From NCBI GenBank assembly GCA_964016885.1, contig OZ024751.1, positions 49,662,001-49,726,000 of the forward strand: DNA of 64,000 nucleotides, written 5' to 3'. The notes below the pieces were generated by a model. That model was given only the letters and a program-made list of their open reading frames with translations. It was not told where the DNA came from and did not search any database. The DNA comes from Eledone cirrhosa (lineage: Eukaryota). Shown here one piece after another: positions 45,197 through 60,195 of the stretch. The position numbers and the translations under genes were made by a program. Each line of letters starts with the position of its first letter. The first letter of the stretch is position 1.

Positions 45197-45724
45197 GATG
45201 CTTGTTTATTGATAAGAACAAAGATTCAATACAATAGGTCTGTTTGAGAACAGGTTTTGAATAGACAAATGAAATAGAGATTGAAATATATAAAAATCTA
45301 TCAAGAAATATAGTTAGGTGTGTGTATATGTATGTAAATACGCTCACAAATGTGCATATATGTGTATGCTCATATGTATACGTATAGTGAAAAAGTGTGT
45401 GTAAATCTAAAATTTAGGGCAAATGTATCTGTATGTCTGTAATCTACAGACAGAATAGATACATCATAAGTATATGAATATGAAGGCGCGCGCATAAATA
45501 CGCCTACACACACGTACACTTAGATGCGGAAGTAAAAGAGGTAAGGAGTGTAATAATTAAAGGAAAGTATCAATCTCGATATATTTATAAAACTGTAACA
45601 ATAAATTAGAAAGAAAAAATTTTAGAAAGAAAAAACTAAAGAAAAGAAGACAAAAAAGGGGGGTACATACATACACAGACACGCATGTCTCACAAAAGAA
45701 ACGCAAAAATATACAAGCTTACAT

Positions 45725-45780
<56 letters not shown>

Positions 45781-45823
45781 ACAATATATTAATAAATGGA
45801 AACTATATTTATAAAACCATTTT

Positions 45824-45889
45824 TATTTTATTATATATATTTCAAGGGCAACCAAGGCAAATTATGGTGCGCTTTCATCAGATAAAATA
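45824..45889 (-). ncRNA. Hammerhead ribozyme, family 4, perfect 8-bp stem I
   Basis: rc: TATTTTAT CTGATGA AAGCGCACCA...TGGTTGCCCTT GAAA TATATA TA ATAAAATA. Confidence 0.8.
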
Positions 45890-46375
45890 CAGATTTGTTT
45901 TAGAAATAAATATTGACATACCCGGAAAAAAGACAACCTTAACGGTTGGAGCTTCCTGGATATATATATATATATACATACATACGTATGTGTGTATGAA
46001 CCCATATAGTTTATGTTTATATAAAACAAACATAAACTATGAGTATGTATCTTTCTATGTGTGTGTGTGTGTGTGTGTGTGTTTGTCTAGATGTAATTTA
46101 AATATGCACACAGCGAATGGTAGGGGCAAAGTTGATCCAATGGTCGAAGTTGACCTATATATAAACATAGTTACATACACACATACACATAGAAATAGAA
46201 ATCTAGAGAGAGGGGGGATGAAGAGAAAGAGAGAGGGGGAAGAAAGAGAGAGAGAGAGAGAGATTATGTTTGTATACAACTCTTCGGCGACGAATTAATG
46301 TATACAAAATAAACATATTGACTTGATACAATCTCATACATTCACAGCAATACATATTTGTGCACATATATATAC

Positions 46376-46407
<32 letters not shown>

Positions 46408-46469
46408 GTATATATATATAAATGTATATATGTGTTTGTATGTTTGTGTGTGTGTGTGTGTATGCATAT

Positions 46470-46524
<55 letters not shown>

Positions 46525-46631
46525 TAAACATATTTATATATATACATATATGTGTGAAATATATTTGCATAAATATGTATATATGTAGTATATACATGTA
46601 TATATATATACATCTACACACACACACACAC

Positions 46632-46667
<36 letters not shown>

Positions 46668-46681
46668 ATCTACACACACAG

Positions 46682-46748
<67 letters not shown>

Positions 46749-46783
46749 TACACACACACACACACACATATATACATATATAC

Positions 46784-46815
<32 letters not shown>

Positions 46816-46829
46816 ATCTACACACACAG

Positions 46830-46897
<68 letters not shown>

Positions 46898-47149
46898 GTA
46901 TATATTGTGAGAGAGGGAGTGTTTCTAAACAGTTAGTTGTATCACGTATGTGATATAACTAATTAGCTAATGAAACGCCGACTGTCTGGTTAATTACAAT
47001 CTAGCTATTATCCCGCCAAAAACATCCACCTTCCGGCTACCATCTTGATTTGGTGTCACTTTAATAAAGGCAGTTATAAATAGAGCCTCAAGTAACATCG
47101 TCTCCAGTCTCCTCCTAATGCTATACCCCTCCCTCTCCACCTTATCACC

Positions 47150-47590
47150 ATAAACATCATCATCATCATCATTACCATCATCATCATCATTACCATCATC
47201 ATCGTCATCATCATCATCGTCATCACCATCATCATTGTCATCATAATCGTCATCTTTATCATTATACGTATCGACATCATCATCAATGTCGCCATTACCA
47301 TCATCATCGCCATCATCATCAACTTTATCATTATACGTATCAACATCATCGTCATCATCGCCCTCATCATCATCATCATCATCATTGCCATCATCATCAT
47401 CATCATCATCGCCATCATCAACATCATCATGATCATCATCAACATCAGCGTTTTCCTTCTCATCATCACAACCCCCCACCACAACCATCATCGTCCTCAT
47501 CATCATCATCATTATATCCCTCACATTCAACCTCCTCCTCCCCTTCTTCCCCATCATCATCATCATCAACATCAACAACAATTTCATCAG
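47150..47590. repeat. Degenerate (CAT)n triplet repeat
   Basis: Direct reading. Confidence 0.9.
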
Positions 47591-47659
47591 CAAAACAACA
47601 TGTTTATAGACCAGACCAGCATCAACATTATTACCACCTTGCCGCTCGCATTATGATTG

Positions 47660-48940
47660 TCACCGCCACCGCCACCACCACCACCACCACCACCACCACC
47701 ACCACCGGCACCACCACCACCACAACAACCACCACCACCACCACCACCACAACCACCACCACAACCACCACCACCACCACCACAACCACCACCACCACCA
47801 CCACAACCACCACCACCACCACCACCGGCACCACCACCACCACAACAACCACCACCACCACCACCACCACAACCACCACCACAACCACCACCACCACCAC
47901 CACAACCACCACCACCACCACCACAACCACCACCACCACCGCCACCACCACCACCGCCACCACAACCACCACCACCACCACCACCACCACCAACACCACC
48001 CACACCAACACCACCAACACCACCACCACAACAACAACCACCACCACCACCACCACCACAACAACAACAACCACAACCACCACCACCACCACCACCACCA
48101 AAACAACAACAACAACAACCACCGCCACCACAACCACCACCACCACCACCACAACAACAACAACAACAACCACCGCCACCACAACCACCACCACCACCAC
48201 CACCACAACAACAACAACAACCACCGCCACCACCACCATCACCACCACCACCACAACAACAACAACAACAACCACCGCCACCACCACCACCACCACCACC
48301 ACAACAACAACACAACAACCACCGCTGCCACCACCACCTCCACCACCACTACAACAACAACCACCACCACCACCACCACCACCACCAGCAACATCACCGC
48401 CACCACCACCAGCAACACCACCACCACCACCACCACTACAACAACAACAACCACCACCACCACCACTACCACCAGCAACATCACCGCCACCAGCAACACC
48501 ACCACCACCACCACCACTACAACAACAACAACCACCACCACCACCACTACCACCAGCAACATCACCGCCACCAGCAACACCACCACCACCACCACTACAA
48601 CAACAACAACCACCACCACCACCACTACCACCAGCAACATCACCGCCACCAGCAACACCACCGCCACCAACACCACCAGCAACACCACCGCCACCACCGC
48701 ACCAGCAACACCACCGCCACCAACACCACCAGCAACACCACCGCCACCACCACCAGCAACATCACCGCCACCACCAGCAACATCACCACCACCGCCACCA
48801 CCGCCACCGCCACCACCACCACCACCACCACCAGCAACATCACCACCACCACCACCACCGCCACCGCCACCACCACCACCACCACCACCGCCACCACTAC
48901 CACCACCACCACCGCCACCACCACCGCCACCACCACCACT
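47660..48940. repeat. ~1.3-kb (CCA/CAA)n triplet array with higher-order units
   Basis: 120-bp duplication at 47701/47821; ~78-81-bp units containing cagcaacatcaccgcc at 48386-48650. Confidence 0.92.
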
Positions 48941-49895
48941 ATAATTATCAACATATATATGGTAACTGTAACATGATTACAACTTAGGATACTAATAGTG
49001 AGACTGTTGTATAGTTATTATTCATAACAAACATATTGTATATTCTTCCATATATGCGTCTGTCTCACAACATCCCTGCCTCCTCCCTCTCAATAATAAA
49101 CATATATGTGCGTGTGTGTGTATGTGTGTGTGTGTATGTGTGTGTCTGTGTCTGTGTGTGTGTCCGTGTGTGTGTGTGTGTTTGTATTCAAGTACAGTTT
49201 ATCGAAATTAATGAATCTTCTAAAAATAACACGCAATTTACAGTTTTAGTATTTTAGCAGAATATGAAGCTGTATTTTACTTCGCTAAAATATTTTGAAT
49301 TAAAAAAAAAATTGAAATAATTATTTCTTTCTGTTACTTTCTGAGAAAGAAAAAATTGGAAAAAAAAAAAAATTATATATGTGTATAAAAAGTAATTTAA
49401 ATATATTTTTTAATCTGAAGCTGTTCGGAAATAACGCCTTCATTTCAATTTGAACGACAATATGTAATCTTAAAGACTCGAAGAATTATGTGTCTAAATA
49501 TATTTATAGCAAAGAAATATCATTTTAAAGTGTATATTTCTTAATAGCAAACAAATAATTTGAAGTCTATGCCGTGTGATTGCAATAGAATAAGAAATAC
49601 ATTCTTAAGTATCCATATCTGCGATAAAAGTTCCAATCCTTCTATTTGAGTTTATTTTGAATAAATATGTATCTACGTAATTAAGAGGTGGTGGAGGTCA
49701 TTGAATCTTATATACACACCCAACAGCTAATTTCATAGTCAAACTCACTATGTAACGTGATAATCTGGGAATCATGGCTAAATATGTGTGTGCAGAAAAC
49801 ATTCTAGACACCACGGAAAAGAAATTGTGACCACTTCAAGCAATTCGTTTAGTATCTGCTATATTGCGGCTACAACTTCGATTCACAACCACTAT

Positions 49896-49934
<39 letters not shown>

Positions 49935-50379
49935 AAGTGTAAGGAATTCTTTTACAATGGAAGTAGCTCGAAGGAGGAAAATACTCCTGAGCCGTGCATA
50001 AACTAATATATATGATGAAACACAGATACCAACACATCTGTATATATATTGCAAAAGAAAATTTAGCCAGAATGAAGTATACTAATTATTATACTACAGT
50101 TTGTCCATATCGATTTAAAATAATAAATCAACAAAGACGAACTGCATTGCCAAAAGGCTATGATGTTTAGACACATTTAAATTTCAAAATCAAACCTGTT
50201 CCGTAGATAAGTTTAAACTTTAAAATCCAAATATGTTTCGAGGTAAATAAGTGTAGGAATATCATGTCCTGCTCTGCTCAGTAAACATCCAGGGACAAAT
50301 TGATATGCTTCACTTCTAAATAATTTAAAAGACTGTGTGACGCACATGGTTTAACAGTTTATATATATATATATATATT

Positions 50380-50948
50380 AGTTTTGCGAGGTTTTTGATA
50401 TGAAATCGTGTGTCGAAACAAATATTGTTATACTAGGGGAGGGTCATATTTGTGTAATAATATTGCCAGAATTAATAACAGAACACACTCACTGTTTGGT
50501 TGGTTTTCGCTTCTGTGTCTTTTCTATCGATTAATTTAATTTATTCGGTCCTCAATGTTACCATTGTCTGACCAACCGTCAAAAATACCGATACAATATA
50601 GACACAAAAACATATATATAGTCTAACAAAGTTCTTTCGTTGCACATCTGCAATATCGTCAGATAAAGATGGCATAGGCATACAATACAACGAGAGGAAA
50701 CATAATAGCACCACTGACGATGTTGCAGATGCGCAACGAAAGAACTTTGTTAGACTATATATATGTGTTTGTGTCTATATTGTATCTGTATTTTTGACCG
50801 TTGGTCAGTCAATGGTAACATTGAGGACCGAATAAATTAAATTAACCGATATAAAAGACACAGAAGCGAAAACCAACCAAACAGTGAGTGTGTTCTGTTA
50901 TTAATTCTGGCAATATTATTACACAAGTATCACCCTCCCCTAGTATAA

Positions 50949-50952
<4 letters not shown>
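50380..50952. mobile_element. PLE-like inverted pLTR pair (family 6) with divergent HHR motifs at 50624-50665 (-) and 50706-50753 (+)
   Basis: Arms 50422-50662 / 50714-50952; CTGACGA T GTTGC AGATGC GCAAC GAAA GAAC TT TG; stem I short; (TA)n on both sides. Confidence 0.8.
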
Positions 50953-51021
<69 letters not shown>

Positions 51022-51046
51022 TGTATATATTAAAATAACTGATTAA

Positions 51047-51095
51047 AGTTTAAGCAAAGAATCTGTTTTCACCCTTAACGGGATCTTCTGACACT
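51047..51095 (-). ncRNA. Family 5 hammerhead-like motif (CAGAAGA core)
   Basis: rc: AGTGT CAGAAGA TCCCGTTAAGGGT GAAA ACAG ATTCT TTGC TT AAACT. Confidence 0.5.
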
Positions 51096-51409
51096 CAATA
51101 TTTACTCTATAGTTTTATATATTTTTTATAATTGTTTATATATATATTACCCTTAACGAGCCCTCTTCGGATTTTAGTCTTCACATTTATTATTATTACT
51201 ATATATAAAATGTAAACAGAAATAACAACACAATCGATACAGTATATAGTAGGAATGGAAAATAATGATAGAAAATGCACCTAATGTATTTTGTATGCAT
51301 GCAACATTTTCAGTGCACAAAGAAAAATAAATAAAACTTATTTAAAATATACCCATCCCCACCCCCACCAAAAAATTAAATTAATTAAAATTCTAATTGA
51401 TTAAATATA

Positions 51410-51700
51410 TAACCATCTGTATCATTTCGTGCGTAAGTCCATCTTCCAAAGAAATTGTAGGATAGTGTAGCTGCCTTACAGCTAAAGAACACCCTTGCGA
51501 ATGTAGCCGAATCAAGGGCTCTGCACAATTCACTCGTTAACAATAATTACTCTTGAACATTGCATCAAAAAGTTGCCTTCCCGTTGGGCTGCAGTCGTTG
51601 AAAACGATGGTGATTACATTCCTGATTAAAATTATTCAGATGAATGTAGTTTATAATCATTTTTATATCCTTTCTGGAAAAATGTAATTACTTTCCTAAC

Positions 51701-51708
<8 letters not shown>
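51410..51708 (+). pseudogene. Mariner transposase C-terminal remnant and right TIR
   Basis: 51561-51629 CIKKLPSRWAAVVENDGDYIPD* resembles the mariner GI.KL..RW..VV...G.Y C-terminus; gtaattactttcctaactcac ends in TA. Confidence 0.7.
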
Positions 51709-51766
<58 letters not shown>

Positions 51767-51782
51767 AGTATATTTATATAAA

Positions 51783-51880
<98 letters not shown>

Positions 51881-51917
51881 TATTTATATATATATATATG
51901 TAAGTATACTTATATAA

Positions 51918-52000
<83 letters not shown>

Positions 52001-52139
52001 GGTTTGAGGTTCACCACTGTATAGAGCTGGTCTATTCCGTATGGCCAATCGTAATGCAATAATATAGAGAGTACTCAACGTAAAGCAGTTCAACCGTCTT
52101 TGTTTTTGTAGTTGGTGGTGCTATTACGGAGTTAAATAT

Positions 52140-52455
52140 TATAATGAAATGACAGGAGGCTGGATTTGTGTAAATCCTTGAAAGGTTTATTATACTATGA
52201 TCATTTCAATGACCGGGTTCCGTATGAGTCCGGTGATATCATCAGGTATTCGAAATATAATACGTGAATGTAATAGGTAAAATCCATGGGGCTGAAAATC
52301 GAGACCCGAGGGTGGATTTTACCTATTACATTCACGTATTATATTTCGAATACCTGATGATATCACCGGATTCATACGGAACCCGGTCATTGAAATGATC
52401 ATAGTATAATAAACCTTTCAAGGATTTACACAAATCCAGCCTCCTATCATTTCAT

Positions 52456-52460
<5 letters not shown>
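52140..52460. mobile_element. Inverted repeat (~147-bp arms, 26-bp spacer) with two intact hammerheads, 52192-52249 (-) and 52350-52407 (+)
   Basis: ATAC CTGATGA TATC ACCGG...CCGGT CATT GAAA TGATCA TA GTAT, followed by aataaa. Confidence 0.85.
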
Positions 52461-52510
<50 letters not shown>

Positions 52511-52646
52511 CGTTTCTGAATTTGTTTAGCAAGATTCTTTATATATATATGAGACAGCGAGAGGGGGTGGGGTGATTCAACCCCAGTACTGGAATTGACG
52601 ACTACGAATAGATGAACGTTAAAGTGGACCTATATGTATATATATA

Positions 52647-52713
<67 letters not shown>

Positions 52714-52714
52714 T

Positions 52715-52881
52715 AATATCAATTAAAATAGATTATTTATTATTACTATATATATATATATTAAAATAAATTAAAATAAATTATTTATTATATATTAAAA
52801 TATATATTTTATATATATTAAAATAAATTAAAATATATTATTTATATATATTAAAATAAATTAAAATAGATTATTAATTAT

Positions 52882-52922
<41 letters not shown>

Positions 52923-53070
52923 GATAAATTAAAATAGATTATTTATTATTACTATATATATATATATTAAAATAAATTAAAATAGATTATTTATTATTAC
53001 TATATATATATATATATATATTAAAATAAATTAAAATAGATTATTTATTATTACTATATATATATATATT
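52715..53070. repeat. AT-rich ~45-50-bp minisatellite
   Basis: aaaataaattaaaatagattatttattattac(ta)n repeated. Confidence 0.85.
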
Positions 53071-53304
53071 AAAAAGGTCTTTCCTGAACGCTCGGCACAT
53101 TTCTCCGTCTATCTCTATCTTTCAATTCTTGCAATTACTTACAGCGTATTCTAGAGCCATCTAATTTCTTACACTATTTCTAACAGTAACGACACTCACA
53201 CAACACCCTTCTTATATCAAACACACACATATATCTCCCTCATCCTTTCAAAAAGACACATACATCAACAGATGAAAACACATATTAATTCACACATACA
53301 TAGA

Positions 53305-53737
53305 TAAATAAACATATATTCATATATACACACAAGCACAAACACACACATATATATATACAATACATACATAAATAAACATATATTCATATATACACAC
53401 AAGCACAAACACACACACATATATATATATATACAATACATACATAAATAAACATATATTCATATATACACACAAGCACAAACACACACACACATATATA
53501 TATATATACAATACATACATCAATAAACAGATATTCATATATACACACAGCACAAACACACACATATATATATATATATACAATACATACATAAATAAAC
53601 ATATATTCATATATACACACAAGCACAAACACACACACACATATATATATATACAATACATACATCAATAAACAGATATTCATATATACACACAGCACAA
53701 ACACACACATATATATATATATATATACACAATACAA
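53305..53737. repeat. ~65-bp minisatellite
   Basis: aataaacatatattcatatatacacacaagcacaaacacacaca(ta)n caatacataca, ~6 copies. Confidence 0.85.
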
Positions 53738-54214
53738 ATATTAATATTTACCATCACGTTCAATTACGGAGTTCTCCACTAATAAATTTATCGGTGCCTC
53801 ATAAAACAGATTAACATAATTATGGTTAAATTTGAAAATATGTTAACCTGAAGCTAACGAGCGGCAAATAATCGATATTACACAACATTCTTTATTGATG
53901 GCAATTATACTATATGTTCAACTAATTAGCAGTAGCTCGTGTATGCGTTCGTGTGTGTACGCTTGTGTGTGTGTGTATATGTGTGTAAATGTGTATGCGA
54001 GGGTATGAGGTGTTAGATTAGAAACAGTTATGGTGCGCCTGTGTGTGGATATGTGTGTAAATATGTATGCGAGTGTATGAGGTATCAGAGTGAAAGTAGT
54101 TATGGGGGAATGGATAAAAAGGTCGATTCACAATCAGTTCGATTATACAGTGTGCCACCTTCGACAATTTTTTTTGCTATTTGTACATAGCCATAGACTC
54201 GTGTGAACCCAAAT

Positions 54215-54422
54215 ATTGTTTCTATTTTTGGCACAAGGCCAGCAATTACCCCAGTGCATTACTGGTACTTTATTCTATCGACCCCGATAAAATATTCTAT
54301 AATAATTGTTTCTACTGTTGGCACAAGGCCAGCAATTATTCCAGTGCATTACTGGTACTTTATTTTATCGACTCCGTAAGGATGAAAGGCAAAGTTAACC
54401 TCAGCGGGATTTGAACTCAGAA
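54215..54422 (-). mobile_element. Two truncated SINE A copies
   Basis: ggcacaaggccagcaatta...cagtgcattactggtactttatt occurs twice. Confidence 0.85.
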
Positions 54423-54797
54423 CGTTGGATCACTCATGGTTCTGACGACGAGTGTTCCAGTTGCTTGATCATGGATTTAACGTGCAATGCCCAAAACATT
54501 CTACAGACACGTGCAACCTTAACGTAGTTCTCAGATAGAATCAAAGTATCGGGGTCTATATGAAGGTTAATGCTTTGGATTACAGCTACAACTCATACTT
54601 GCGAGCAGAGTGGACACGACCAACGCTAAATAATTTTTCTATTTTTTGCGCAAGTCCAGCAATTATCCAGTACATTACTGGTAATTCATTCTATCGACCC
54701 CGTAAAGCTGAAAAGCAAAGTTAACCTCGGCGGGATTTGAACTGAGAAGGTAAAGGGCCGCAAAGAATGACGTCCCACCTTCTACCGATACTGCCCA
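54423..54797 (-). mobile_element. Composite SINE A + SINE B 3' part
   Basis: Reverse complement homolog of 44257-44638 including the junction aattatttagcgttg. Confidence 0.8.
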
Positions 54798-56432
54798 AAT
54801 ATTGTAATTAAAATAAGGTAGCCGGAAATTTGTGTGGGAATCTGTCATAATCGACTGTATCGGTTGTTGGGAATTTGGCTAATGGTACGTGTGAGTAGAT
54901 TTCTAAAATATTTGCACGTCAATTTCACGACTGAAAGGTTCAAGTGATCCTACAACAGAGTGATGCTGAACATCGTTTAAATCGACGGGAATCCACCAGA
55001 GCGACACATAAATTGGCCTTTATATTATTCATTTCTACCAGTTTTACAGTGTTATCTACTGAGTTGTAATATATAGACAATATGCCTAATCTATCATAGG
55101 CCTTATAGGTCATAGGTCTAACTGACCAGAGCTGATCTGGGCTTAACTAAATAACAGTGTTAAGAAGGAACACCATGCTATGATCAGATTGTTTATGGAA
55201 TAATTTATCTAGGAATATATTATCCTGAACTGAATTCACATTCCTATATTCCGAATTGGAGTGAGATGAGGCTGCTATTTCATATTTCGTACAGATCAAG
55301 GGAACGCCTAGACTAGCTGTCATTGGTTCAGATATCTAAAGTCCCCGCACTGAAGGTACACAATATAAGAGGTGAGATGGTCATAGTTGGATTATCACTG
55401 ATCCTATGTCTGCTCGATCGGGTTCAGCGTAGGTGAGACATCAACAAAAACAACAACAATCGCTTGAAATTAAAAACACTATAACACAACAACTACCATC
55501 ATATCATCGACGTCATATCTTCACCATGACAACCGCTATATTTTATTATCTCTAGCATATTAAAATCGTCATAATCAAAGCGGGGGGCGGGTGGGGGTGT
55601 TACTAGCACCACCATTGCTATCAGATCTTTATCTTTGCCATAATTTATCACACCCCACATTGACAATAATGCACCATCGCCAGTTTTTAACAAGAATCAC
55701 AATTTTCAATGTACGCATGTTTGCCCGTCAGAGTGCACGTAAGCGATTAACAGAGCGTATTTAATTTCCGCACAGTTCCATTCTGGATGAATTATCCCAT
55801 CAAAAACATCAACCATTTGTGCTGAACAAATTTCATTAAATAATGAACAAGAAAAGGTAAATAAATATATAAATAAATAAATACATAAATAAATAAATAA
55901 ATAAATAAATAAGCAAGTAAATAAATATATTTTTCTTTAAAATGCTTCAACACCGTATGCTATTTTTAGTTGTTGTTTTTTTTCACATCGGTTGAGAGCT
56001 TAGCCTTGATTGCAATGAACTTGAAATTCTTCATAAATAGCTAAGTAAATGTTGCAATGTTGGCAGTATAAATATATTATAGAGACACTTTTTAATACAC
56101 AATAATATTGAAGTATTAATAGTGTTCTGTCGTAGTGGTGGTCACATAACTTCTTTGTAAAAGCGTCATTATTTTTCAGGTTAAACTTCAAGAACAATAA
56201 CACCGCCGAATGTCTTTGTCATGTAGTAAAAGGAATGCCATCATAGACGTTTCTAATATAATTTATACACAATTTGTAGTTAGAAGATGATAATCAGCAA
56301 TATAACAACACATATACACACGTGTCTGTCTGCATGTATGTATGTATATATGTATGTACGTATGTATCTTTGTATGTATGTACATATTCATACACACACA
56401 CACTCATATGTGTATGTGTGTGTGTGTGTGTG

Positions 56433-56488
<56 letters not shown>

Positions 56489-56497
56489 TATATATAC

Positions 56498-56712
56498 GTA
56501 GGTCCCGGGTTGAGTCGGGGATAACCACATTAAGTAAGGTACTCAATACATGGCAGAGTAAAATTTTTTTATTTTATAGAAGGAACTTCTACAGGACTAG
56601 TACTGTTTCATTCAGATGAAATCTTCAGGAAGCTCTGATGAAATCTTCAGCTTCCTGAAGATTTCATCTGAATGAAACAGTACTAGTCCTGTAGAAGTTC
56701 CTTCTATAAAAT
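56498..56712. mobile_element. Family 3 fold-back element with two intact hammerheads, 56584-56633 (-) and 56649-56699 (+)
   Basis: AGCTTC CTGAAGA TTTCATCTGAAT GAAA CAG TACTAGTC CTG TA GAAGTT; (TA)n on both sides. Confidence 0.85.
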
Positions 56713-56726
56713 AAATAAGTAAAAAA

Positions 56727-56778
<52 letters not shown>

Positions 56779-57215
56779 GTGTATAATGGTATCTATAGTG
56801 CTTCCATAGGCGGTGTGCCAAAATTAGCACTCGATATTCAGCAGAGTAGAGTGTAGATAGTATAAAGAAAACGAAAAATCAGTGATGTATCTGGACTTAA
56901 TTTATTGCGTGTTACAATTGTTTCGCCGGCAGGTAGCTCGAGACATGATCCCTGTATGGATCTAGCTGATTCTACGGCTGCAGGTTCTTTCGGACACGGG
57001 TATTTCGTTCGGAGCAAATTTTATCACCGGGGTGTTATCATCAAAACACACCCTCAAAAAACCCTCTTCCACTCTTGTCATGCCATTGGCTTGGCTGCTT
57101 TTACTCCATGGCATCATAAGTTCTTATCGAGCCCTCTTCGGATTTTAGTCTTCACATTTATTATTATTACTATATATATATATATATGTGTGTGTGTTGT
57201 GATGGGGTGTGTGTG

Positions 57216-57323
<108 letters not shown>

Positions 57324-57410
57324 TGTGTGTGTGTAAATATAGAGCCTTTCCCTTTGAATATAGTATGTATTAGATTAGGGTTTGGAACTCATTATATTTG
57401 ATGTAGAATG

Positions 57411-57597
57411 AAGGGTGGTGGATTGGCAGTATCGGTAGAGGGTCGGACGCCATGCTTTCCACCATAGTTACGTCCCTTTACGATCCGAGTTCAAATCCCG
57501 CCGAGGTTGACTTTGCCTTTCATCCTTACGGGGTCGATAAAATAAAGTACCAGTAATGCACTGGATGATTGCTGGCCTTGTGCCTAAAGTAGAAACA
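57411..57597 (+). mobile_element. SINE family A with 19-bp TSD
   Basis: TSD attatatttgatgtagaat at 57391-57409 and 57598-57616. Confidence 0.93.
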
Positions 57598-57843
57598 ATT
57601 ATATTTGATGTAGAATATATTTAACTGTATGTGTATCGAAATAAAGAAACACCTACCGAGAGTATATAGGACTTGAACTCACAATATAGATGGACGATAG
57701 CCCAGAGTGTGCAAGGTATATGCATCTCCTACAAATTCACGTCCCATTGTACGTACACGTGCACACAAACAGGCGTACACATGCATAGACGTATAGAAAT
57801 ATACATAGGTAGATACGTCCATGAACATATACCCACATATTTG

Positions 57844-57874
<31 letters not shown>

Positions 57875-58576
57875 GCAGCCGTTTCTGTGACCTTACATCT
57901 GTAACAGTGTATTCTCGTCTCAAATCTTTTGATCTTCAAAGATCACAGGAAATTGATTTGGATGGTTGGGTGGTTGAGTTGACGGCCATTTTGAAAAGCC
58001 AAAAAATAACAAGAACTATAATAAAAATAACAATAACAACAACAACAATAATAATAACAATAAAAATAATGGTGATAATAATAATACCAATAATAATAAG
58101 AGTTATAACAAGTACAGTCAATAAAAAAACTGAAAGAAGTTGCATCTGAAAAAATAAAACCAGAAAAGAACTCTCCAAAAATAAGTACAAAAAGTATTCA
58201 CAACTACGGTAAACTAGTAAACGACGTTGAAATATTCAATGGTGCTATATATTCTGTAAAAAAAAAAAATTGAGTTTTTTTTTTTTTTTGTATTATTTTA
58301 TTTATTATATTTATTTTTCTCTTTGCTTCTATACTGACTTGTTCCAGTATAGGTTTTCTGTGTAACCTTTCCATGCTTGCAACATGGTATAAAGAATTTG
58401 TCTTCAATTGCTTTTCATTAATGCCTGTTTATCATTTGACGAAATCAAAGGTCCCATGTTACGTCAGTAATAGACGCAGAGATACGTAGAAAGAAAAAGT
58501 GAGAGAGAGAGTGATACATCCATATATGTATATTTACACACACAAACACATATATATATATATATATATGTATTTA

Positions 58577-58637
<61 letters not shown>

Positions 58638-58821
58638 GCATATATATATATTTATGTGTGTGGGGGTGGGGGGCTGTCTGTGTGTGTGTCTGTGTGTGTA
58701 TATATATATAAATATGTATATATATTGATATATTGATATAAATATGTGTGTATGCTTATATATATAAATATATACGCATATATATATACATATATATATA
58801 TGCATATGTATATATATATAC

Positions 58822-58861
<40 letters not shown>

Positions 58862-59189
58862 TTACATGCACATATATATACATATATATATATGAAGAGA
58901 CTGATAAAGATAGAACATAACTAAATGAGAGACGAGAGACTGGGACTGTGAGAGGGAGACTACGCACAAAAATATATAGATCTGTGTGTGACTGTTTTAT
59001 TTAACATACGTAAGAATGTTCGAGAAAGAGAGATTAGGAAGATGGGGAGGGAAGTAAATATAAATATAGAGAGTAAGACCAACAGACAGGTGAGAAGTAT
59101 GGAAGTCTTATAAGTGAGTGTTTGAATAGTAAATGTCTGTTCAATACACACACACATATACGTATATATATATGTATATATATATATGT

Positions 59190-59235
<46 letters not shown>

Positions 59236-59348
59236 ATGTGTGTGTGTATGTATATATATATATATATATATATGTGTATGTATGTATCTCTGTGTATCAG
59301 TGTGCTGTGTTATGTATATATATATATATATATATATATGTACCTATA

Positions 59349-59378
<30 letters not shown>

Positions 59379-59380
<2 letters not shown>

Positions 59381-59585
59381 ACAAAGGAATTGTGGTAAGG
59401 AACCAGATGGACCATAACGCACCAGAGTACTCAATACTTAGGGTAGTAGAATGCGAAATAGGCAAAAGTATGACACCGACGGCAGAACTCAAGCCGTTTC
59501 GACGGCTATTTCTGGACTCAAATAGTCCCAAAATAGCCGTCGAAACGGCTTGAGCTCTGCCGTCGGGGTCATACTTTTTCCTATC
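59379..59585. mobile_element. Fold-back family 2 copy
   Basis: gacaccgacggcagaactcaagccgtttcgacggctattt / aaatagccgtcgaaacggcttgagctctgccgtcggggtc. Confidence 0.8.
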
Positions 59586-59920
59586 TATATATGCGGGTAT
59601 AATATGTAGAATCTAAAAGCCAAGTCGAGTTGGAACAATATTTTTTCCATATGTACAGAGGCAGAAAATGAGTGTGAGAGACAAAATATGTAAATATATA
59701 TATACATATATGCTCATGCGTTTGTGTACCGATGTGTATATGCGTTCAAGTGTATGTATGCTTGTGTGTATGAACGAGAGAGGAGAAGAGCGAGAGAGAG
59801 TATGTTTTACATATATTTGACTATGTTCTTTAGTAATAACAAGTAGCTGAAACCGTTTATATTATGTTCTATACTGATATAATTATAAACATCACACATA
59901 AATGTACATGCATTAGTATG

Positions 59921-59971
<51 letters not shown>

Positions 59972-59978
59972 TACATAC

Positions 59979-60065
<87 letters not shown>

Positions 60066-60163
60066 TATATGTATATGTACATATATGCATAATGATTATA
60101 CACATATATATATAAATCTATGTAAACATATATATACATTTAAATATATGTATATATATATAT

Positions 60164-60192
<29 letters not shown>

Positions 60193-60195
<3 letters not shown>

